From a virus, in the UHGV virus genome UHGV-2031204: a stretch of 64,000 nt of DNA; one strand, 5' to 3'. The translations under genes and the position numbers were made by a program. Below, piece by piece: positions 9,781 to 19,580 of the stretch. The first letter of the stretch is position 1. Each line of letters starts with the position of its first letter. Under the pieces are notes generated by a model. The model worked only from the letters and a program-made list of their open reading frames with translations, was not told where the DNA came from and did not search any database.

Positions 9781-9811
9781 AAAATATCTTAGCTAGATAT
9801 TATCTACGTGA
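9781..9811 (+). promoter_or_regulatory. conserved promoter-like motif, copy 3 (TAGATATTATCTACGTGA)
   Basis: Core ends about 45 nt upstream of the ATG at 9855. Confidence 0.5.
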
Positions 9812-9854
9812 ACCAACACTACAATTGTATTAAACCTTATAAGGATTAAGTAAA

Positions 9855-11702
9855 ATGGCTAAAGAGTTTATTGACAATCAAAACGACGTTGTGACTGGTG
9901 CTGCTGGTTCCGCTGCAGATCCAATTCCGTCTTTCGGTGGCGCGGGAGCTGCTACTGTGGATAATACCAATGCGGCCAACGCTTTTGGTGGGATGTCTAA
10001 AAACATCTCTACTTTCGATAAAGCTTTCGGATACATGTCTTTCGTGTCCACTGCTTCTCAGTTCACCAGCCTGATTGAGAAGATGGCGGAGAAGAATACA
10101 TACCTGCGTAACTTCCGTTGGGGTGTTATTGACGGCATCAACTCTGAAATGGGTTCTGCTGCATACGTGGCTGGTCCGTCTGGCGATAACCATAACGAAT
10201 GGCTCTACGGCATCCTGTTCTTTGAACATGGCCAGTCCATCCGTTTCTACGAAATCAACGGTAAAGAAAACTACTACACCCTGGCGCAGCTGTTCAGCCA
10301 AGAAGGTGTGATGAACAACATCACTAACCAGATTGCAACTCAGCACAACCTGCCAAGCGTACAGTTCATGGTAATGAACTGCGTACCGGAACTGGGTAAA
10401 ACCATGAACGAAGAATGGGCTAACCAGCTCATGGGCCAGATTGCACTGGGTATCTTCGGTCGTCATTCCGGCTACCTGGGCTACCTGAAAATGACCCGTT
10501 CTGATCGCTTCACCGCGCAAGTCAGCGTAGTTGAAGAAGGTTCTGTAACTGATGTTAACGGTTCTGCACAACGTGCTGACCTGATGGTTGTGGTTGACCA
10601 TACTCGCACCGGCAACAACGATAATAACCCGACGCTGTTCTCTTCTGAACGCCTCCAGAATTATCCGAGCGTTGCAGGTGTTGGTTACATCAACCTCCGC
10701 CATAAAGGTAAACCTCAGACCCTGACTAACGGTACTCAGGACCTGCGTCAGCTGGAAGCCGAAGTGGTTGTTTCCCTGATGGATTCTCAGTCCTCTGGGG
10801 CAATGGCACCTATCGAGCGTCAGCTGATTGAACTGGCCGCGTTCGCACAAATCGCCACTATCGGTGGCTGGCGTGAACGTTTCATGCAGTCGCTGAACAA
10901 AACCGATCGCCGCTTCTCCCGCGTTCTGGAGTATGTAGAATGGGGCAGCGAAAAACCTGACCTGAGCAAAATCGACGGTAACCGTGAAGTTATCGAGAAA
11001 TGCCTGGACACCTTCGCTAACCCGACTGCGGCCCTGGTGGTGAACCATCGTGCAGGTAACGGTATCGGTGGTCTGTCTACTCTCCTGAGCGAAATCGGGA
11101 TGGGTAACACCAACGCACTGTACACCCTGTTCAATATCCTGGATAACATGGCCAGCAACGGCGCGACTAAGTTCAGCACTCGCTTCAAAGCACTGCTGGG
11201 CAATGTCACCAACTTCGAGTGCAAACACGTTGTTATTGCCGGTTGCCCGACCATCTCTGGCCAGTATTTCAGCAACAGCCAGAAACGCAGCTTCCAGGAT
11301 ATGGACTTGGTTTCCGCTCTGACTAAAGTGGGTGATAACCAACGCGATGCGATCGACTACATCAGTGCACAGTCCTACTCTCACCGCTATCTGAATGCGC
11401 GTGACCAGCGTCTGTACCTGCTGAAAATGGCTGCGTCCATGTTCGGTAGCAAACAGCCGCAGGTAACGGGTGAAGCGTCTGACCTGGCGATCAATCCGCT
11501 GTTTGGTAAAGCACTGGTGGAATACATTACTGAAAACTGCAACTTCCAGGTGAATGGTGTTACCGCAGCGAACAGCCTCACTCACTCTGTGTTTGTTAAC
11601 ACGGGTAATGAGAACTTCGCGCTGTCTGGTAGCGGTCCTAACGCATTTGGTAGCGATTTCGGTATGTCCTTCGCTGCAACTGACTGGCGTCCGACTTTCT
11701 AA
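9855..11702 (+). CDS. putative phage-nucleus shell protein (chimallin-like); alternatively another very abundant protein
   Basis: 615 aa with AAGGA upstream; strong bias to high-expression codons (CTG, CGT, GGT, AAC); Gly/Ala-rich N-terminal segment. Sits directly upstream of the RNAP beta-prime N gene, as phiKZ gp54/gp55 does (recalled, not searched). Size matches known chimallins (about 600-700 aa). Confidence 0.6.
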   Translation: MAKEFIDNQNDVVTGAAGSAADPIPSFGGAGAATVDNTNAANAFGGMSKNISTFDKAFGYMSFVSTASQFTSLIEKMAEKNTYLRNFRWGVIDGINSEMGSAAYVAGPSGDNHNEWLYGILFFEHGQSIRFYEINGKENYYTLAQLFSQEGVMNNITNQIATQHNLPSVQFMVMNCVPELGKTMNEEWANQLMGQIALGIFGRHSGYLGYLKMTRSDRFTAQVSVVEEGSVTDVNGSAQRADLMVVVDHTRTGNNDNNPTLFSSERLQNYPSVAGVGYINLRHKGKPQTLTNGTQDLRQLEAEVVVSLMDSQSSGAMAPIERQLIELAAFAQIATIGGWRERFMQSLNKTDRRFSRVLEYVEWGSEKPDLSKIDGNREVIEKCLDTFANPTAALVVNHRAGNGIGGLSTLLSEIGMGNTNALYTLFNILDNMASNGATKFSTRFKALLGNVTNFECKHVVIAGCPTISGQYFSNSQKRSFQDMDLVSALTKVGDNQRDAIDYISAQSYSHRYLNARDQRLYLLKMAASMFGSKQPQVTGEASDLAINPLFGKALVEYITENCNFQVNGVTAANSLTHSVFVNTGNENFALSGSGPNAFGSDFGMSFAATDWRPTF

Positions 11703-11731
11703 TAAGTTGGTAAGTAGTAAGCAGTAGTTGA

Positions 11732-11772
11732 GGGACAGGGGAAAACCCCCTGTCCCTTCCCTCTCTTTTTTT
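11732..11772 (+). terminator. rho-independent terminator
   Basis: Stem GGGACAGGGG / CCCCTGTCCC with loop aaaa, then a T-rich run. Confidence 0.65.
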
Positions 11773-11786
11773 GTTGAGGATTCGGC

Positions 11787-13394
11787 GTGGAACATAAACT
11801 AGAATATTACGGGATTTCGGGGCGACTAATTAGTCACGACAAGATGTTACGTGACTGTATACAAGAAGCGGAGGAAAAAGGCTACAAACCACCGATTATT
11901 ATCAATGACGTTGCTGCAACGATGGATACCATCGAAGCGTCGGAGATGATTAACCAAATACTCCAAAACCGAATCGTTGATGAAACACTCAACTCGGCTC
12001 CTATTTGCAGTCTGACCTGCGAATCACCTATTACCCATCGTTATAATCTTGGGCTACGTTGCCCACATTGCGGACATGTTGTTTCTGAACATCGGATTAC
12101 GTCCGATGTCTGGTTACGCGCCCCCGATGAGATGGGTAACTTTATCAATCCACGTTTTTGGTCTCTCTTTAATGCCTTCTTTGGCTCTAAGCTGAAAAAA
12201 TTTAATCGTAACAAAGTGACGGTAGAGCGCGGGTCTGATTTACTGCTGTGGCTAATCGATCCGTACTACCATCCAGAAAAGGACGAAGGAACACGTGCTC
12301 GCGTGGTGAAAAGAATACTCGGCGAACATGGCTTCGAACGGGGAATTCGAAACTTTATCGACCACCATCGAACCGTCTTTAATATCCTTACGTCCCCGGA
12401 AGCTTGGAAGGAGATTTATCCGCCAACGAAAAATAACCGTTATGAGAGTGAGCGCGTACGCTTAGAATGGCGTGAGTTCTTTCAGGAACAATCGTTCTCA
12501 TTCTTTCCAAGACACCTTCCGATTATTTCATCAAAACTGATCGTTACGGAGGAACGTCGACAAGGTATTTTTATCGATCCGGTTTATACCAGCGCTATCG
12601 ACGCAGTAAAAAATGTGGCGTTGTTGTACACGAATGCACGTCGTATCGAACCACGATTTATTATTCGTCGCGCAATCAAAGCGAATCGACAGCTTGCGTA
12701 TTTCTATATTGACCATCGTCAGGAAGTGATGGAAGGTAAACCTGGGTTCTATCGGGCAAAACTCGGGTCAACACACGTACCGTGGGGCGGACGTGTGACT
12801 ATCTCTCCTATCTCTGAACCTCACGATGCGTTGAAAGTTATTGCGCCTTGGCGTTGGTTGGTTCCGTTGGCGAGTGTTCACATCGAGAACAAGTTAGGTC
12901 GTCGTGATTATACACCTCGACAATGTGAGCGCATTATTGCATTTGCGGCAATGCAGTATGTACCGCTGGTACATGAAATTATTAATGAGTTGATTAAAGA
13001 ATCCCCCGGCGGATTCGGCTTAATGTTGGAAGTTCTGCGTAACCCAACATTGGTTCAACTTTCTATTCAGACATTGTTCATCTCAGCGGTACTGACAGAT
13101 GTAACACAATGTTCTCTGCGTATTTCTGATCGTGTCATCAAAGCGCCTAACGCTGATTTCGATGGCGACCAGTTACAATGCAGATTGGCAATCGACCAGA
13201 TTGAAATGGAACTGGGCATGGCTTATCGCCCAGACAACGGGTTTATGTCAAGCACGAATGTGGACGAGGTTTCGAGTTGTATGATTCTCCATAACGAGAA
13301 TATCAGCAACATAAACAGTTTCTTCCAGGATACTGAAGAGGACTTGGAAGCCGGTATCGCGCTTGACTCTGAATTATTAAAATTGGCGGGGTAA
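11787..13394 (+). CDS. multisubunit RNA polymerase beta-prime-like subunit, N-terminal fragment
   Basis: 535 aa; contains NADFDGDQ (the beta-prime catalytic Mg-binding motif) and an N-terminal C-x-x-C ... CPHC zinc-finger-like cluster; GTG start after GAGGA. Confidence 0.8.
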   Translation: MEHKLEYYGISGRLISHDKMLRDCIQEAEEKGYKPPIIINDVAATMDTIEASEMINQILQNRIVDETLNSAPICSLTCESPITHRYNLGLRCPHCGHVVSEHRITSDVWLRAPDEMGNFINPRFWSLFNAFFGSKLKKFNRNKVTVERGSDLLLWLIDPYYHPEKDEGTRARVVKRILGEHGFERGIRNFIDHHRTVFNILTSPEAWKEIYPPTKNNRYESERVRLEWREFFQEQSFSFFPRHLPIISSKLIVTEERRQGIFIDPVYTSAIDAVKNVALLYTNARRIEPRFIIRRAIKANRQLAYFYIDHRQEVMEGKPGFYRAKLGSTHVPWGGRVTISPISEPHDALKVIAPWRWLVPLASVHIENKLGRRDYTPRQCERIIAFAAMQYVPLVHEIINELIKESPGGFGLMLEVLRNPTLVQLSIQTLFISAVLTDVTQCSLRISDRVIKAPNADFDGDQLQCRLAIDQIEMELGMAYRPDNGFMSSTNVDEVSSCMILHNENISNINSFFQDTEEDLEAGIALDSELLKLAG

Positions 13395-13400
13395 TGAAAC

Positions 13401-13988
13401 ATGGGCATGTGGAACTTAGGCGGAACCATCTGGACGCGACAAACTGAAAATAGCGGGATGTATCGCTATTTCAGAGACAATTTCGATATTAACGCCTTTG
13501 CTCCCGACATGATCGAAAGCGTTAAACGAAAATGTAATGAGTTAATTTCATTAGAGCGTTTCCGTGAGATGTATGCAGCCGCACGCAAAGTACAGCACAG
13601 CGATGCGACTGACGTTGTACGACAATTGGAGAAGATAGGACAATTCCAGTTTGCAAACGCAACTTTACAGCCGTTGCTGATGGCATTGCCAGAATATCGA
13701 CAATTGTACAATAACAACATGGCGACCGGTTACGAGAACGGGTATTCGAAAATCGATAACTTCCGTGGTTCGGCGTATATGCATACGGACGATAACTTCC
13801 GCGAAGTAACGTCGGGTATGTCCAACGAGTACGATGAAGATCGTATTTGGAACTGGGTATCCAACGAAGATCGATCCAACAAACTCACGCGTGTAGAGCA
13901 AGTTGACATGCAAATCAACTGGGCACGTATGCGGAGTTTTGATTGGGAAGACGAAGATCCGTGTTCTGAACTCGGCGCTTCGTGTTAA
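13401..13988 (+). CDS. hypothetical protein (195 aa)
   Basis: ORF followed by the terminator at 13994..14026. Confidence 0.55.
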   Translation: MGMWNLGGTIWTRQTENSGMYRYFRDNFDINAFAPDMIESVKRKCNELISLERFREMYAAARKVQHSDATDVVRQLEKIGQFQFANATLQPLLMALPEYRQLYNNNMATGYENGYSKIDNFRGSAYMHTDDNFREVTSGMSNEYDEDRIWNWVSNEDRSNKLTRVEQVDMQINWARMRSFDWEDEDPCSELGASC

Positions 13989-13993
13989 TCGAA

Positions 13994-14026
13994 AAGAAGG
14001 GGATTGGGCACCCCCTTCTTTTTTCT
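13994..14026 (+). terminator. rho-independent terminator
   Basis: GC-rich hairpin (AGAAGGGG ... CCCCCTTCT) followed by a T-run. Confidence 0.55.
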
Positions 14027-14065
14027 TATTTACAGCAGCAGCTATCAATGTGATAGGAGTAGAGA

Positions 14066-14449
14066 ATGGCGATTGCAGTAGGCACGGTTTCTACACGCGG
14101 CTGGGCAAAAACTCCCCGTGAACGTATTCGTGAGATGATGAATCATTACACGGAAGCGGGGTATAGCCAATCGCAAATTTATCAAGGCAATGTCCGGTCA
14201 CTTGCGAAAGCAAAGCAAATGTTTGCTCAAGATCCCGACGGCTTAGCCAATCGGGTGAAAACAGACTTAACCACGCTTTACGAACATATTTTTCCTGAGG
14301 GGGTTGAAGTAGAGACAACCTGGGAATATTTGCCGGATACCGATGTACGCTACCGTATCATCATTCAAGCTCGCGTTATGTCGGGTGGGGTGTGGTATGA
14401 TGTGGAACGTTACGTTGAAACTGAATCATCAGTCATTGAGGATGAGTAA
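14066..14449 (+). CDS. hypothetical protein (127 aa)
   Basis: AGGAG upstream of the ATG. Confidence 0.55.
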   Translation: MAIAVGTVSTRGWAKTPRERIREMMNHYTEAGYSQSQIYQGNVRSLAKAKQMFAQDPDGLANRVKTDLTTLYEHIFPEGVEVETTWEYLPDTDVRYRIIIQARVMSGGVWYDVERYVETESSVIEDE

Positions 14450-14451
14450 GG

Positions 14452-15120
14452 ATGGATCAAGAACCGGGAAAATTTAATGGTGTACCCATTGAAGAACTTT
14501 CTGGCCGTGCTAAGTTTGAGTTTGAGAAACTTCTTGAAATGGAAGAGATGCTTAAACAGGGCCAGGGTGTGTGCAGCGTGTTTACTGAATCGATGTTCCG
14601 TCGACAAGGTTTGCCGTTGTTGTCGGGGATGTTGGACGGTACGTTTAACGAAGATACCTGGACGGATTATGTAGGTAGTGCTTTCGTTCCGTTACAGATT
14701 GTTTCGGATTCGGATAATTCAAAACTACTCTTTACGATCCCGCCTCTGCTTAATACTGGTCGGTCACTCCAACACGTCGATGGCCAACCGTCGCTCACTG
14801 AAGAAACAGAGATGATTCGGCAACAAGCCGATATCATTTCCGAGGTCGGTGAACGGCAGATGTATCAGATGATCGACTATACGTTGGACGGTATCGAACA
14901 GTTGTCGTACGAAGAAAATGCACTTCGTGCGAAACAGACTATCGATCTGTTAAACTGGATCTTCCGTCGTTATAACGTGTCAGGACAATTACCTTATCCT
15001 GAAGGACTTGAAGAATTGTGCAATCGTATCCAGGGACAAAAGAAACCTATAACGGCGGCACAACCTGAACAGTCCTCCCCTGCTAAGGGAAGAAGAATCA
15101 TCGATGAAGAGGATTACTAA
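14452..15120 (+). CDS. hypothetical protein (222 aa)
   Basis: ATG 3 nt after the upstream stop. Confidence 0.55.
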   Translation: MDQEPGKFNGVPIEELSGRAKFEFEKLLEMEEMLKQGQGVCSVFTESMFRRQGLPLLSGMLDGTFNEDTWTDYVGSAFVPLQIVSDSDNSKLLFTIPPLLNTGRSLQHVDGQPSLTEETEMIRQQADIISEVGERQMYQMIDYTLDGIEQLSYEENALRAKQTIDLLNWIFRRYNVSGQLPYPEGLEELCNRIQGQKKPITAAQPEQSSPAKGRRIIDEEDY

Positions 15121-16252
15121 TCCGCCACCGAAACCAGTTGGCGTTAAGCGCATTTTCTCAACGGGCGATGTACATTTATTGCACCGTCGTGTACCGACGT
15201 GGCATATTGTTAACGTGCTCAAGGAAACCTTAGAACGGTTCGATAATACGATTGACGCTATTTATATAGCTGGTGATTTATTTGATGATTCCCGGCATTT
15301 GCGGCAAGAAGATTCTCAGGAAGCCATAGGGTTTTTAACTTGGTTATTGCTCTGGGCCAAACAGACGAATACTGCTATTCGTGTCTTGGAAGGAACACCC
15401 TCCCACGATCACAAACAATCGAAAATCGTCGAAGAGTTAAATCAGGCGGTGGGTGCAGATTGTTTGTATCTGGATAAGATTGGCGTGTTTTACGACGAGG
15501 CGTTAGAAGCGACAGTCGGTTGGGTCCAGGACGAGTATAAAGCCCTGGGTTCCGAATCCATTGATGCTGCCGCAACAGAACAGGAAATGGCTGAATTATT
15601 AGCCACGCGTGGTATACAGCAGATGGATTTCTGCTTTATGCATGGCTGCTTTCAGTTCCAAGTTCCCGTTGAGTCTACCCGCTTTTTCCATACGGATTTT
15701 TGGGAACCGTTAGTCAAGCATTTGATTATCATCCATCACGATCATCGTAGGAAACAATTGGGTAAGATTCGTGTACCAGGCAGCCCTGATCGCCTGGCAA
15801 TGGGTGAAGAAGAGGACAAAGGCTTTGCTATTGTCGATTTCACTCCTGATTTAGCCAGAGATTATTTCTTGGTTAATGAACGCGCTTGCCCGCAGATTAA
15901 AATTGCTGCGGAGGAGGACTATGAATCGCAGTACGCGAAATGTCTCTCTGCGCTTGAGTACATCGATACTCATCCGTCCTCAGTGATAGGACGATTGGAA
16001 ATTGAATATTACCCTGATTCTCCATTGGCGGAAGCCATCACTCGTTGGAAATCACAATATTCATTCCATATTTCAGGTACGCGTATACGTACGCCTGAAG
16101 AGGAGCAAATTCTCGCAGCCGGTTTTGCCATCGACGCAGAGGTCGAGGAAACCATCTCTGAAGAGAATGTTGAAGCGATTTTGTTAGAAGCATTAGTGCC
16201 GTTTAAATACGATGCACAAATTGTCACTGACATTATCAGGAGCATCAAATGA
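15104..16252 (+). CDS. calcineurin-like metallophosphoesterase (possible Mre11/SbcD-type nuclease)
   Basis: 382 aa; N-terminal GDVHL and AGDLFDD fit phosphoesterase motifs I and II (D-x-H, GD-x-x-D). Confidence 0.45.
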   Translation: MKRITNPPPKPVGVKRIFSTGDVHLLHRRVPTWHIVNVLKETLERFDNTIDAIYIAGDLFDDSRHLRQEDSQEAIGFLTWLLLWAKQTNTAIRVLEGTPSHDHKQSKIVEELNQAVGADCLYLDKIGVFYDEALEATVGWVQDEYKALGSESIDAAATEQEMAELLATRGIQQMDFCFMHGCFQFQVPVESTRFFHTDFWEPLVKHLIIIHHDHRRKQLGKIRVPGSPDRLAMGEEEDKGFAIVDFTPDLARDYFLVNERACPQIKIAAEEDYESQYAKCLSALEYIDTHPSSVIGRLEIEYYPDSPLAEAITRWKSQYSFHISGTRIRTPEEEQILAAGFAIDAEVEETISEENVEAILLEALVPFKYDAQIVTDIIRSIK

Positions 16253-17085
16253 CCCCAATCAGTGTTGATCGCACGTTTGGGTTTTATCAAATGTCAATTG
16301 CTACATCGTTGGCTTTTGAAGGGCTTCTCCATGAAGGAGAATATGCCGATTGGAAGGGTCCAGTCCCTATCCACAAGTATCAGGATATTTACCTGAATCT
16401 ACGGACGTTGTTCCGTAACGCGTTTTACGCGTTTGAAACGAATCGTGAACGATTAACACCTGAAGTGTTGCTGGCATCGATTGAAGAAGATATTGCTTCT
16501 ATTAACGCTACCGCGAAAGCGGTAGCGCCTTCGGTGCTATGTGTCCCCTATATCTGTACGTATAAAAGTGCGAACAGAATCTTCCCCGAAGCAGCGTTCC
16601 GTACGATTGCGGGAGGGCAGGAAAAGATGACACCTAACCAGCACCACTTTAATGCGTTAGAACATGATACGTTAAAGTTATACGGTGAAAAATACCCTGA
16701 GCAATTCAAAAGCTTTGATGTGTTTCCGAAAGGGCAGCATGACACATTGATTTTAACCCATTACCCCGCCGATCTGTTGGCCTACAAAGATTTCCCGCTG
16801 TTGAATCTGTTAGAATCACACACGGGCAAGATTAAAGGTCGGTTAGAATGGTACACGAAGCTTTACGGTAAACCCGAACAGATCCCGTTTAACAAGGCGT
16901 TTCTAACGCTATTTGGCGATGGGTATATGTTCTCCCCACTTGACAGAAAGGTTCGTAAGGTGGTGTTGAATACCGCCGAGAAATACCACTGGCGACAAGA
17001 TACGACCATGGATCGTATTTACAGTTGCTTGAAGTTGGTTAACGAGCCCTTTGTCATTGAGTTCCTTCGTAGATTGTCTCGCTAA
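16249..17085 (+). CDS. hypothetical protein (278 aa)
   Basis: ATGA overlap with the upstream gene. Confidence 0.55.
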   Translation: MTPISVDRTFGFYQMSIATSLAFEGLLHEGEYADWKGPVPIHKYQDIYLNLRTLFRNAFYAFETNRERLTPEVLLASIEEDIASINATAKAVAPSVLCVPYICTYKSANRIFPEAAFRTIAGGQEKMTPNQHHFNALEHDTLKLYGEKYPEQFKSFDVFPKGQHDTLILTHYPADLLAYKDFPLLNLLESHTGKIKGRLEWYTKLYGKPEQIPFNKAFLTLFGDGYMFSPLDRKVRKVVLNTAEKYHWRQDTTMDRIYSCLKLVNEPFVIEFLRRLSR

Positions 17086-17143
17086 TTTTACAGATCGTTT
17101 TGTTAGTTTGAGCACTCCGAAAATGTAAAAATAGGATAAGTAA

Positions 17144-17788
17144 ATGGTCAATAAAAACTTCCTTAAAGAGAAATGGCTTTACCCGCAGACTGAGCCGGAT
17201 CAACAGGGCCGTACTCGTAAACTGGGCATTGAATTGAACGAGTTCAATGGTGATGTGGAACTGATGAAATTCCACTATTCCTTTGGTAAAGGCGAAGGTC
17301 TTTATTTCACCGCAGGCTATACTGTCTGTGTTGATATCTTTGAAACCCTGCGTACGGTGATGCAGAAACCCGAAAAAGTTGTTTTCAAATGGGAAGATAC
17401 AAAAGGTAAGAAGGCACCGGTTAGCTTACACGTAGGTCGTGATGAAAATCTGACACCGTTCTTTGCACTGAGCGGTGAGATCCCAGGGGTTGGTGCGCGT
17501 CAGAAGAAATTCTATTTCACCTATCCGAAAGGTTATCGTGTTTTCCGTAATGGACAACTGGTCTCCGATCTGGAACTGGCAGAGCGTCAGCTACGCGCGT
17601 TCCTGAAAAATGCAGATGTATTCCTGGAAGATTTCCGTGACAACTACAAACCGCGTGAGTTTAATAATGCGGCTGGTGGTAGTTACGGTCGCGGCGGTTA
17701 CAATAACGGCGGCAACGGCGGCGGTTATAACAACCAATCTGCCGCAAAAGCCCCAACACCAACTAACGATTTTGACGATATTATCTAA
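17144..17788 (+). CDS. putative ssDNA-binding-like protein with Gly/Asn-rich linker and acidic C-terminal tip
   Basis: 214 aa; strongly codon-optimised; C-terminus GGSYGRGGYNNGGNGGGYNN...NDFDDII resembles the disordered linker and acidic tip of SSB proteins (E. coli SSB ends DFDDDIPF). Confidence 0.4.
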   Translation: MVNKNFLKEKWLYPQTEPDQQGRTRKLGIELNEFNGDVELMKFHYSFGKGEGLYFTAGYTVCVDIFETLRTVMQKPEKVVFKWEDTKGKKAPVSLHVGRDENLTPFFALSGEIPGVGARQKKFYFTYPKGYRVFRNGQLVSDLELAERQLRAFLKNADVFLEDFRDNYKPREFNNAAGGSYGRGGYNNGGNGGGYNNQSAAKAPTPTNDFDDII

Positions 17789-17808
17789 ATAATGTAAAAC
17801 TATAACAT

Positions 17809-17836
17809 AGCCCCAGGATATCCTGGGGCTCTTTAT
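17809..17836 (+). terminator. terminator-like hairpin
   Basis: Stem AGCCCCAGGA / CCTGGGGCT with loop tat, then a weak T-tract. Confidence 0.45.
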
Positions 17837-17860
17837 CGTGTATGTGTGTAGAATACAGTC

Positions 17861-17895
17861 GAAGTTATCTGAGATAGATTTTATCTTAGTGGACG
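17861..17895 (+). promoter_or_regulatory. conserved promoter-like motif, copy 4 (TAGATTTTATCTTAGTGG)
   Basis: Lies inside the 5' end of track ORF 17838..19550, which argues for the later start at 17922. Confidence 0.45.
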
Positions 17896-17921
17896 ACTAT
17901 GTTATTCCTGGAGATTTTAAA

Positions 17922-19550
17922 ATGCGCATTGAAAAGAATCGTGACCGTTTAGTGATAAAGTACGGCGAAAAAGAGGTCGCGTTTAATGGTTTCCGAAATG
18001 GACGTAAAGACGTGAATGTGCCAGACGTACGCGATAGTTTCGGACAGATCGTAACGCACGATAAAATTATGTTCATGGAAATCGAGCGTTATTGGTCAAC
18101 TTTAACACCCGAAGAGAAAAGCGAACTGTTTTCAGTTTACGAAGAATTAGAGTTGTTAGCTAATGAACCCCCAGAAGTTATTCGTGAACACGTCCCCACG
18201 CTCGTCGCGAGAATTGCTAAATTTCATCACGCAGATAGATTCCGCCAGCTTTATCCACACGGTTCGGTGTGGATTCCTCAAAACGTCCACGAAACGTACG
18301 AAGAGATGTCGTCGAATTATCCAAAAGAGATGACGTATATCGTACAAGATTATTACGAATTGGTGATTTTGTCTTTGATGACAAAACCGTTTATTCCCGT
18401 ATTCTTGATTTTGGACGCTTTTCCTGCAACACGTGCTTCTGTTGAGTCGAAGCGCAAAAGTGTTTATAACCTGACCTACTGCATGGAACTGTTGTCCGAT
18501 ACCGAGATTGCTACACTGCCAGCCATTACAAAGTTGCGTGAGTTTTTAGTGTCGGTGATTTCGAAAGTTCAGGACGGGGGGAGTAAAGGACCCAATACTG
18601 CAAACCTTACCGTCCTGGCATCTATCTGTGGCTACGGTACGGATATGGTAGAGGAATACATCATAGCGTTCGCTGTTATCCGATTAATTGCGATGAAGTT
18701 AATCGGTGCCGAACTACCACCAGGTACGATGGTTGAAAACAACATCGTGGCGGGGATGTATTTCAATATTCGACAAGAAATTGAAACGGGCTTCGCGGGA
18801 AAAATTTCCGGTCAAAACGTGATGCTAAAAGCGAATCCTGAGAAAATCATGTTCAACGGCGAGAAGGGGAAAACTTCGTCGATTGACCTGGTTCAAGCTC
18901 GGACTAAAGCACCAATGAAGGAATTCGTTCGTACTCAAGAATTCTTTAATGACTATCGTCGTGCGGTGCGTGCTTTGAATCTCGATATTGCTCCCGCTGA
19001 TGTGAAAGTGTTGATAGATTCCATCAACATTAACCATCAATATCCTTTCTACGAACTCTACGAATGGTTGGTGGCGGCAGTGATGCACCGATTTGCAGAT
19101 CGTCGTACATACAAGGAAATCGACGCAGAAGCGTTTAAGAATGCGATGGGTATATCCCAAGCCGTTTACATCTATTACGGAATGGCTGAGATTGCACAGT
19201 TGTTAAGTTGTGAAATGATCCGGGCACCGCTAAATGGCGGGTATCCCATCGAGCCAATCGATAATGAGATTAAAATAAAAACGGATAGATATTATCCACA
19301 AGCATACCGTAAGCATCGTAATACTTACGAACAATCAACATTGAAGGATTCTCTCAGCTTGTTGGTTCGTGAACATATCGCGCCGTTCAACTTCAATCTC
19401 AGGGCAACACCGGAAGCAGCCAGAATGTTACGGTGTGGGACAGTGATGTTGGACTATTCACCTCATCCGCGACTTCAGAACATGTTAGCAGAATTTCTGT
19501 TAATTCAAAACAGAAAGAAATGCGAAGAAGTAGCATGGTTTAATCAATAA
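17922..19550 (+). CDS. hypothetical protein (542 aa)
   Basis: Track ORF trimmed to the ATG at 17922 (GGAG 8 nt upstream), placing the promoter motif and terminator outside the gene. Confidence 0.55.
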   Translation: MRIEKNRDRLVIKYGEKEVAFNGFRNGRKDVNVPDVRDSFGQIVTHDKIMFMEIERYWSTLTPEEKSELFSVYEELELLANEPPEVIREHVPTLVARIAKFHHADRFRQLYPHGSVWIPQNVHETYEEMSSNYPKEMTYIVQDYYELVILSLMTKPFIPVFLILDAFPATRASVESKRKSVYNLTYCMELLSDTEIATLPAITKLREFLVSVISKVQDGGSKGPNTANLTVLASICGYGTDMVEEYIIAFAVIRLIAMKLIGAELPPGTMVENNIVAGMYFNIRQEIETGFAGKISGQNVMLKANPEKIMFNGEKGKTSSIDLVQARTKAPMKEFVRTQEFFNDYRRAVRALNLDIAPADVKVLIDSININHQYPFYELYEWLVAAVMHRFADRRTYKEIDAEAFKNAMGISQAVYIYYGMAEIAQLLSCEMIRAPLNGGYPIEPIDNEIKIKTDRYYPQAYRKHRNTYEQSTLKDSLSLLVREHIAPFNFNLRATPEAARMLRCGTVMLDYSPHPRLQNMLAEFLLIQNRKKCEEVAWFNQ

Positions 19551-19580
19551 TTTTCGGCTTGACCTAAAGGAGCATTTACA

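Noticed and set aside
9846-11795. 649-aa minus-strand ORF plus nested ORFs (10075..10311, 10820..11275, 11387..11581)
   Set aside because: Antisense to the strongly codon-biased chimallin-like gene; the bias removes antisense stop codons. The protein is low-complexity (R/V/T/H-rich) and has no RBS.
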